DNA of 64,000 nucleotides, taken from Candidatus Saccharimonadales bacterium (GTDB lineage: Bacteria; Patescibacteriota; Saccharimonadia; Saccharimonadales; UBA4665). Both the position numbers and the translations under genes were made by a program. Positions within the stretch are counted from its first letter, which is position 1, and each line of letters opens with the position of its first letter. The notes under the pieces are model-generated. The model saw only the letters and a list, made by a program, of their open reading frames with translations, was not told where the DNA came from and did no database searches. Positions 57,392 to 64,000 of the stretch are shown in pieces. Where the stretch lies: assembly GCA_035546815.1 (NCBI GenBank), contig DASZWB010000001.1:20667-84666 (forward strand). Direction: 5' to 3'.

Positions 57392-59614
57392 TTATTGGTT
57401 CAGATAGGCGTCTTTGTCGGTTTCGGCTGGTTCGAGGTCGCCGTCCGCAGCCCCACCGCCGAAGACTTCGTCGAGAGAATTCACCAGCACCTCGCGCGGC
57501 CGCGAGCCGTCGGCCTGGCCGACGATGCCCTGCTCTTCCATGGTCTCGATCAGGCGGGCGGCGCGGCCGTAGCCGATGCGCAGGCGGCGCTGCAGCAGAC
57601 TGGTTGACGCCTTGCGGTTCTCGATCACCACCTGCACGGCGTCCTTCCACATGTCATCGTCGGCGTCCTGGCCGCCGCCGGCCGGCACGATGCCGCCCTT
57701 GCCGTTCAGCACCACCGGCTGCGAAACCACTTCGTCGTCGTACTGCGGCGGGCGCTGCATACGGATAAAATCGGTGATTTTATTGGTCTCGTTATCATCT
57801 ATGAATGCACCCTGAATGCGGCGCGGCTTGGGCATGTCGGCCGTGGTGAACAGCATGTCGCCTTGGCCGAGCAGCTTTTCGGCGCCGATCTGGTCGATGA
57901 TGGTGCGCGAATCAACCTGCGAAGCCGTGGTGAAGGCAATACGGGCCGGAATATTGGCCTTGATGAGGCCGGTGATGACGTCCACGCTGGGCCGCTGCGT
58001 GGCCAGCACCAGGTGGATGCCAACGGCGCGGGCTTTCTGGGCAATGCGCACAATCAGCGCCTCAACGTCGCGGGCGGCCATCATCATCAGGTCGGCCAGC
58101 TCGTCGATGACGATGACGATGTACGGCATACCCTCCTCTTTTTTGAGGTTGTTGTATTCGGCGATGTTGCGCTTGCGCTCGTCGGCCAGCGCCTTGTAGC
58201 GGCGCTCCATTTCGGCCACCGCCCACTTGAGCGCGCTAATACATTTTTCGGGCTCGGTCAGCACCGGCGTCAAGAGGTGCGGAATATCATCGTACGGCTT
58301 GAGTTCGACCTGCTTCGGGTCGACCAAAATCAGTTTGAGGTCGGCTGGCGAGTTGCGGTACAGCAGACTGGTCAAAATATCATTGATCATAACCGACTTA
58401 CCAGAACCGGTTTGGCCAGCGACCAAAAGGTGCGGCATTTTCGCTAGGTCGGCCACCACCGGCGTGCCGGAAATGTCTTTGCCGATGGCGAAGCCGAGCG
58501 GGCTGGCCAGCTTCTGCCACTCCGGCGATAACAAAATCGAGCTCAGCCGCACCGTGGCGGACTTGACGTTCGGCACCTCGATGCCGACGGCGCGCTTGCC
58601 CGGAATCGGCGCTTCCATACGGATGCTGTGGGCTGCCAAATCGAGCGCCAAGTTGTTCTCCAGGGCGGTAATTTTGGTCAATTTGACCCCTGTTGGCGGC
58701 TTCAAAGTATACTGCGTGACGCGCGGCCCGATGTTGGCGCCCTCCATCTCAACCTCGATGTTAAAATTCTCGAAGGTGTCGTGAATGGCTTGGGCGTTGG
58801 CGTTGACGTCGCCGGCGTCGGCCTTATCCTGCTTTTGGTTCAGCAGGTCAACGCTCGGAAACTGCCAGTCGGGGTCGCTGGCAGTGGTCAGCGCGCTGTG
58901 ATCTTCGCGGCTGGTCAGTTTTTCGGCCGTATTTTTGAGCGAGCTCATGCGCGCCGGCTGCGGCTCGCCCTTGTGATGCTCCACCGGCACGCCTTCGTTC
59001 AGCTGGAAATTTGGCTGAGCCGTAGCTTTAGCTTTGAGCGCCGCCAGGTCTTCCTCGCCCTCCTCATGATTTTTCTTAAACAAATCACCGAGCTTCAGCA
59101 AGACTTTCAGATTGATACCAAAGGCGAAGAACACCGCCAGCACGGTCAGCACCAGGAAAACCAGCGAGGCCGGCAGGCGGTCGAGCGCGCTCAGCACGCC
59201 GTCGCCGATGATTTTGCCGATTTCGCCGCCGTGGCCGCCGCTCCACGTGCCGCCCGCGGTCTTGCTGGCGAACGTCACTTGCGCCCAGCAGCTGGAAAAC
59301 AATAAGACGCACCACATACCCACGAATTTTTCGAGCGGAATTTGGCGGTCTTCGGCGATAAATTTATGAGCACCCCAGTAAGCAAAAGCCACCGGCGTGG
59401 CGTAAGCCGCCCAGCCAAACAGCCAATAGGCCGCCTTAAAAAGATTGACCGGCAGCGGCCCGCCAACCCCAAAGCCGCCCAGCAGCAATAAAAACGCCAG
59501 CAAAATGAGCACGATGGCGCCGGCCAGCGGCCAAAACGAGGACTTCTCTACGGCAGCCGCTTTGGCGCCGCCTTTAGAGCCTGCTTTTTTAACCGTTTTT
59601 TTCTTTTTAGGCAT
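57392..59614 (-). CDS. ftsK: DNA translocase FtsK
   Basis: N-terminal TM domain, a linker, a motor domain with Walker A GQTGSGKS, and a C-terminal gamma wHTH (LLQRRLRIGYGRAARLIE). Confidence 0.9.
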   Translation of the reverse strand: MPKKKKTVKKAGSKGGAKAAAVEKSSFWPLAGAIVLILLAFLLLLGGFGVGGPLPVNLFKAAYWLFGWAAYATPVAFAYWGAHKFIAEDRQIPLEKFVGMWCVLLFSSCWAQVTFASKTAGGTWSGGHGGEIGKIIGDGVLSALDRLPASLVFLVLTVLAVFFAFGINLKVLLKLGDLFKKNHEEGEEDLAALKAKATAQPNFQLNEGVPVEHHKGEPQPARMSSLKNTAEKLTSREDHSALTTASDPDWQFPSVDLLNQKQDKADAGDVNANAQAIHDTFENFNIEVEMEGANIGPRVTQYTLKPPTGVKLTKITALENNLALDLAAHSIRMEAPIPGKRAVGIEVPNVKSATVRLSSILLSPEWQKLASPLGFAIGKDISGTPVVADLAKMPHLLVAGQTGSGKSVMINDILTSLLYRNSPADLKLILVDPKQVELKPYDDIPHLLTPVLTEPEKCISALKWAVAEMERRYKALADERKRNIAEYNNLKKEEGMPYIVIVIDELADLMMMAARDVEALIVRIAQKARAVGIHLVLATQRPSVDVITGLIKANIPARIAFTTASQVDSRTIIDQIGAEKLLGQGDMLFTTADMPKPRRIQGAFIDDNETNKITDFIRMQRPPQYDDEVVSQPVVLNGKGGIVPAGGGQDADDDMWKDAVQVVIENRKASTSLLQRRLRIGYGRAARLIETMEEQGIVGQADGSRPREVLVNSLDEVFGGGAADGDLEPAETDKDAYLNQ

Positions 59615-59683
59615 TACCGTAATTATACCAGTTCCCGCCCCCTATAATAGGACGTACCTGATATTATAGCAATTTTTACAACT

Positions 59684-61828
59684 TTAGTCAATCCGGGCGT
59701 CCTGGGTGAGCAAACGGGCGCGCATTTCCTGGAAGCGTTTTTGCTGCTCGGCGGCGACTTCTTCGGCTGTCTTGGTTTTGCCGCCGGCGGCGGTTTTGGC
59801 GTCCATTTTGGCGCCGCCCTGGGCGCTAATCACGTTGACCACCGGAATGACGATCGGGCTGCGGCCGGTGTGCTCGAACAGGTAGTGCGTGACGTGGTCT
59901 TTCAGCTCGGCCTTGAAGCGGTCGAGGTCGATGCGCTTGAAACGCTGCTGGACGGCGCGCTTTAGCTCCACGCGCAGGCCGTTCATGATCTCTTCGTTGT
60001 CGCGCATATATATGAAGCCGCGACTGATGATGTCGGGGCTGGTCAGCAGCGCGCCGTTCTTTTTGTCGACAGTCAGGATGACGGCCACCAGGCCTTCTTC
60101 GCTGAGCAGCACGCGGTCTTTGACGACGATGTGGTTGACCACGGCGCCGGTCTGATCGACCAGGATGGTGCCGTGCGGCACTTCGCCGGCCAGCTCCATC
60201 TTGTCTTTGGTGAAGGCCACAACCTGGCCGTTGCCGACGTTGAGCGTGCTGGCGCGCGGGATACCGTGCTCCACCGCCAGGTCGATGTGGTATTTCTTGG
60301 AAGTAAAGTCGCCGTAAATCGGCAGAAAGAATTTCGGCTTGGTCATCTCGATCATTTCGGCGTATTCGTCGCGCGAAGCGTGGCCCGAAACGTGCAGCGG
60401 GCCGATGTTGTCCAGCTCGTGCGTTTCGTGGCGGAAAACGTGCACGCCTTTAGCCAGCAGCTCGTCGACCATGGTGCGGATTTTAGCGTCGTTGCCGGAG
60501 TACGGGATGGGCGTGCTGGACAGCACCACAGTATCCTGCTCCTTCAGTTTGACGTGGCGGTGCTCGCCGGACGCCATGCGCTGCAAAGCCGAGCTCGGCT
60601 CGCCCTGCGAACCGGTACAAACCACCACCAGGTCCTGGTCTTTCATGGTCGAGGCCGAGGCAATCGGCACGAACGTGCCCTTCGGAATGCGCACAAAGCC
60701 GTGGCGCACGGCCATTTCCAGCGTGCTGACCATGCTGCGGCCGTCCATGGCAATCTTTTTGTTGTGATGGACGGCGGCGTTGATGATCATCTGCACGCGG
60801 TTCATGTTGGTGCTGAAAAGGCCAACGAAAATGCGGCCCGGCGCCTGATCCATGATGTCCTTAAAGCTTTGTTCGATGGTCGATTCGCTTGGCGTGCGGC
60901 CCAGTCGCTCGGTGGTGGTCGATTCGCTGAGCAGCGCTAGCACGCCTTCGTCGCCGAGCTGCTTGAGGCGCTCGATGTCGGTGCGCTCATGGTCCAGCGG
61001 GTTCGGGTCGAGCCGGAAATCACCGGTGTTGATGAGCCGGCCGACCGGCGTATCCAGCACAATCACCGTGCTGCCCGGAATGGAGTGCGTCACCCGCACC
61101 AGTTCCACGAAAAATTCGCCGATTTTCAGGCGCTCGTGGGTGTCTTCGTTCATGGTAACGGTCTTAAGCTCGAAGCCGTCGGGCATCGGCAGGCCGAAGT
61201 TCTCAAAGATCTCTTCGACGCGGCCGATGGTGAAGCGCGAGCCGTAAATCGGCGCCGGATATTTCGGCACGATGTGCGGCAGGCCGCCGATGTGGTCGAG
61301 GTGGCCGTGCGTGATGACGTACGCCCGCAGCTTGTGCTTAATCTGGTCCAGATAAGCGGTGTCGGCAATGCCGTAGTTGATGCCTGGCAGGTCAACGCCG
61401 AGATCGTTGCCGCAGTCCAAAATCACGGCGTCATTCATGTATTCCACCAAAATCATGTTCTTGGAGCCGCCGCCGTCCATGCCGCCGAGGCCGACGACTT
61501 TGAGGCGCGGGCTGTCGTCGATGACGTTGGCGCGCTTTGGTTTGCCGGAAGTATCGGCCGCCACGTACTGGCTGGCGATGCGCTGGGCACCCTGCTGGCT
61601 GCGGCGCTGGGCGCGCACGGCCTGGCCGCGCGAAGTCGTCAAATTGCTGGCAATCGGCTTGCTGCCGCCCGTCTTCTGGCCGCCGCCGCGGCCCAAACCC
61701 CGCTTGGAGGCATTGCCGTTAGCGTTGGTAGGTTTGGAGCGCTTCTGGTTTTGGTTCGGACTCTGGCTCTGGTTTCGCGAGCCGGAAGCTTTGGAAGCGC
61801 CGTTATTATTCTTATTATTTGGTTGCAT
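59684..61828 (-). CDS. rnj: Ribonuclease J with ~110-aa basic low-complexity N-terminal extension
   Basis: MBL/beta-CASP core (VITHGHLDHIGGLP, HVSGHASRDE) preceded by an N/Q/G/K/R/S-rich extension. Confidence 0.85.
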   Translation of the reverse strand: MQPNNKNNNGASKASGSRNQSQSPNQNQKRSKPTNANGNASKRGLGRGGGQKTGGSKPIASNLTTSRGQAVRAQRRSQQGAQRIASQYVAADTSGKPKRANVIDDSPRLKVVGLGGMDGGGSKNMILVEYMNDAVILDCGNDLGVDLPGINYGIADTAYLDQIKHKLRAYVITHGHLDHIGGLPHIVPKYPAPIYGSRFTIGRVEEIFENFGLPMPDGFELKTVTMNEDTHERLKIGEFFVELVRVTHSIPGSTVIVLDTPVGRLINTGDFRLDPNPLDHERTDIERLKQLGDEGVLALLSESTTTERLGRTPSESTIEQSFKDIMDQAPGRIFVGLFSTNMNRVQMIINAAVHHNKKIAMDGRSMVSTLEMAVRHGFVRIPKGTFVPIASASTMKDQDLVVVCTGSQGEPSSALQRMASGEHRHVKLKEQDTVVLSSTPIPYSGNDAKIRTMVDELLAKGVHVFRHETHELDNIGPLHVSGHASRDEYAEMIEMTKPKFFLPIYGDFTSKKYHIDLAVEHGIPRASTLNVGNGQVVAFTKDKMELAGEVPHGTILVDQTGAVVNHIVVKDRVLLSEEGLVAVILTVDKKNGALLTSPDIISRGFIYMRDNEEIMNGLRVELKRAVQQRFKRIDLDRFKAELKDHVTHYLFEHTGRSPIVIPVVNVISAQGGAKMDAKTAAGGKTKTAEEVAAEQQKRFQEMRARLLTQDARID

Positions 61829-61852
61829 TAACTTTCCTTTCTTATTTGTAAG

Positions 61853-62476
61853 TTAAGATGATTTAATTTTCTCGATAATGGCGGGGATGAGCGCGAAGTC
61901 ATCAATCAATGTCTGGCGCATATCTCCGTTATAGAGGGCCGCCGCCGGATGAAACAGCGGCAAAATGACCACCTCAAACGTGTCTTTGTCATTCGCTTTC
62001 AGACGCAGTTTAACACGTTTCGGCTGGCCGTGAACCTGGCTGATTTGCAGGTCCGGCAGAAAACAATTCATGCTGTGGCGGCCCAGCGTCACGACGACTT
62101 TGGGCTGAATCACTTCCAGCTGGCTCTGTAAATACGGCAAAAATTCGCGTTTTTCTTCGGGGTACGGGTCGCGGTTGTTGGGCGGCCGGTATTTGACGAT
62201 GTTGGTGATGTAGATGTCTTCCCGCTTCAGGTCGATCATCTCCAGCATCTCATTCAGGAACTTGCCGGCGGCGCCAACGAACGGCTCGCCCTGCTTGTCC
62301 TCGTTCTTGCCCGGCGCCTCGCCAATAAAGACGATGTCGCTGTCCGGATTGCCCACGCCGAACACCAGCTGCGTGGCACCCGCTTTCAGCTCCGGCGTCA
62401 CCTTATCCTTGGCAAGCCGCTTGGCGATGTTATCAAGCTTAACTTGTTTTGCGCTGGCCATGGAAAAACCTTCCAA
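61853..62476 (-). CDS. Uracil-DNA glycosylase, family 4
   Basis: GVGNPDSDIVFIGEAPGKNEDKQGEPFVGAAGKFLNEML is the family 4 UDG motif A region. HPAAALYN is the motif B region. Confidence 0.8.
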   Translation of the reverse strand: MEGFSMASAKQVKLDNIAKRLAKDKVTPELKAGATQLVFGVGNPDSDIVFIGEAPGKNEDKQGEPFVGAAGKFLNEMLEMIDLKREDIYITNIVKYRPPNNRDPYPEEKREFLPYLQSQLEVIQPKVVVTLGRHSMNCFLPDLQISQVHGQPKRVKLRLKANDKDTFEVVILPLFHPAAALYNGDMRQTLIDDFALIPAIIEKIKSS

Positions 62477-62651
62477 TTAACTTAAACAAATTCTGCAGGG
62501 CGCCGACCAGGAAAATCAGGGTTAGCAGGTACCACCACAGGCTGCCACTATTGATAGCCAGGCTGGCGAAGCCGTATGCGATCGCCAGCTCAACTATGCC
62601 AAAAACAAAGAGACCCAGCTTGGTCTGATGCCAGTTATGCAGGCTTTTCAT
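62439..62651 (-). CDS. Small two-TM membrane protein
   Basis: 70-aa hydrophobic ORF bridging pnp and the UDG gene, overlapping both ends. No family recognised. Confidence 0.35.
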   Translation of the reverse strand: MKSLHNWHQTKLGLFVFGIVELAIAYGFASLAINSGSLWWYLLTLIFLVGALQNLFKLIGRFFHGQRKTS

Positions 62652-64000
62652 CTCGCTTCTCTTTGCCTTCCAGTTCCCGTTTGGCGGCTTTCATGCTGAG
62701 CTGCAGGCGGCCGCGGTCGTCGATGGCAACCAGTTTAACGGTGACTTTATCGCCCTCTTTCACCACGTCGCTGGTCTTGCCCACGCGCTCCTCAGAAAGT
62801 TCGCTGATGTGCACCAGGCCGTCTTTACCCGGCATAATTTGCACGAAGGCGCCAAAGTCCATCACGCTAACCACCGGCTTGTCTTTGTAGATTTTGCCGA
62901 CTTCCGGCTCCTCAACAATCGAGGCGATCCACTGCTTAGCAGCGTTGATGCTGGTAGCGTCCGGACTGGCGATCATCACCGTGCCGTCGTCCTTGATGTC
63001 GATGGTGGCGCCGGTTTCGCCGGTAATTTTCTGGATGGTTTCGCCGCCCTTGCCGATCACCTCGCGGATTTTGTCCGGATTAATCTGGATCGACTCGACC
63101 TGCGGCGCATACGGGCTGATTTCATTCTTCGGCTGCTTGATGGTCTCCAGCATGTGCGCCAGGATAAAGGCCCGACCGTCCTTGCCCTGCTCCAGGGCTT
63201 GCTGCAGCACTGCCACCGGCAGGCCGTGGACCTTCATGTCCATCTGCAGCGCCGTGATGCCCTTGGCGGTACCGGCCACCTTGAAGTCCATGTCGCCGGC
63301 AAAATCTTCGGCGTCGGCGATGTCGCTCAAAATGTACGGCTTCTTGTCGTCGCCAAGCATCAGGCCCATGGCGATGCCGCTGACCGGCGCCTTCAAAGGC
63401 ACGCCGGCGTCCATCAGCGCCATGCAGCTGGAACAGGTCGCCGCCATCGAGGTCGAACCGTTCTGCGACATAATCTCGGTGACCGATCGGATGACGTAGG
63501 GGAACTCGGCCTCGCTCGGCAAGACGGCCGTCAAAGCTCGCTCCGCCAGATAGCCGTGGCCGATTTCGCGGCGGCCCGGCGAGCCCAGGCGCTTAACTTC
63601 GCCGACGGTATAGCCCGGCGCGTTATAGTGGTGCAGGTAGCGGCGCTCGCCCTCTTTTTCCATGGTGTCCACCAGCTGGGCAAAGCTGGTCGGCGCCAGC
63701 GTGACGATGTTCAGGGCCTGCGTCACGCCGCGCGTGAACAGGCTGGAGCCGTGCGCCCGCGGCAAAATGCCGACCTCGCTGCTCAAAGGCCGCACCTCTG
63801 TTAATTTGCGGCCGTCCGGACGCACCTGGTGCTCCACAATGCCTTTGCGCACGTCTTTGTGCAGCGCCAGCTGAAAGGCGTCGTGATAGTGCTCGCGCAG
63901 CTCCTCGAACTCGCTTTCGCCCAGCTGCTTGGCCAAGTCTTCAAACATTTCGTCGCGCAGTTGCTGCACCAGCACGTTGCGCTCCGGATACGGCTTGCGC
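62635..64000 (-). CDS. pnp: Polyribonucleotide nucleotidyltransferase (PNPase), N-terminus beyond window edge
   Basis: Second RNase PH domain, KH domain (IREVIGKGGETIQKI) and S1 domain (GKIYKDKPVVSVMDFGAFVQIMPGKDGLVHISEL). The reading frame stays open to position 64000. Confidence 0.9.
   Translation of the reverse strand, partial: RKPYPERNVLVQQLRDEMFEDLAKQLGESEFEELREHYHDAFQLALHKDVRKGIVEHQVRPDGRKLTEVRPLSSEVGILPRAHGSSLFTRGVTQALNIVTLAPTSFAQLVDTMEKEGERRYLHHYNAPGYTVGEVKRLGSPGRREIGHGYLAERALTAVLPSEAEFPYVIRSVTEIMSQNGSTSMAATCSSCMALMDAGVPLKAPVSGIAMGLMLGDDKKPYILSDIADAEDFAGDMDFKVAGTAKGITALQMDMKVHGLPVAVLQQALEQGKDGRAFILAHMLETIKQPKNEISPYAPQVESIQINPDKIREVIGKGGETIQKITGETGATIDIKDDGTVMIASPDATSINAAKQWIASIVEEPEVGKIYKDKPVVSVMDFGAFVQIMPGKDGLVHISELSEERVGKTSDVVKEGDKVTVKLVAIDDRGRLQLSMKAAKRELEGKEKRDEKPA

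Overview
Gene-dense, high-GC bacterial chromosomal window with about 65 protein genes, six intact tRNA genes (Pro-GGG, Val-GAC, Gly-CCC, Thr-CGT, Asp-GTC, Arg-CCT) and one tRNA 3'-end remnant. I saw no rRNA, CRISPR array, transposase or prophage genes. Housekeeping content includes rpmB, miaA, thrS, nrdR, ndk, ychF, efp, the rpsF-ssb-rpsR operon, ftsK, RNase J and pnp. There is also a complete type IV pilus locus (23.3-36 kb, minus strand) containing pilM, pilN, a pilO-like gene, pilB, pilT, pilC, two pilins, pilD and four minor pilins, but no secretin. It is followed by a 1243-aa secreted giant protein and an AT-richer stretch ending in a RelE/Phd toxin-antitoxin pair. Further along are a MarR/MFS/MMPL efflux cluster, envelope and secreted proteins (MprF-like, GT2, a GLUG/Listeria-Bacteroides-repeat surface protein, a G1-type glutamic peptidase) and several small regulators. 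The gene content fits a monoderm, reduced-genome organism, possibly of the Patescibacteria/Saccharibacteria type, but that is inference only. The most unusual feature is a 1.85-kb coding-free gap (47.59-49.44 kb). It holds two tandem, homologous but strongly diverged elements of about 0.75 kb. Each is bounded by the same perfect 15-nt inverted repeat (TGACATGTCAGATTG / CAATCTGACATGTCA) and preceded on the minus strand by a conserved TTGACA-N17-TTTAAT promoter. Both carry a collinear long-range helix with compensatory base changes, and a 12-nt segment of one is perfectly complementary to the other at the equivalent position. I interpret this as a candidate new family of large structured non-coding RNAs, with DNA-level recombination or operator sites as an alternative. 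Secondary observations are a three-copy terminator/hairpin/promoter module next to tRNA genes, a long thrS leader ending in an intrinsic terminator, a promoter-plus-terminator-defined candidate sRNA upstream of nrdR, a two-copy AT-rich dyad element, and apparent leaderless promoters.
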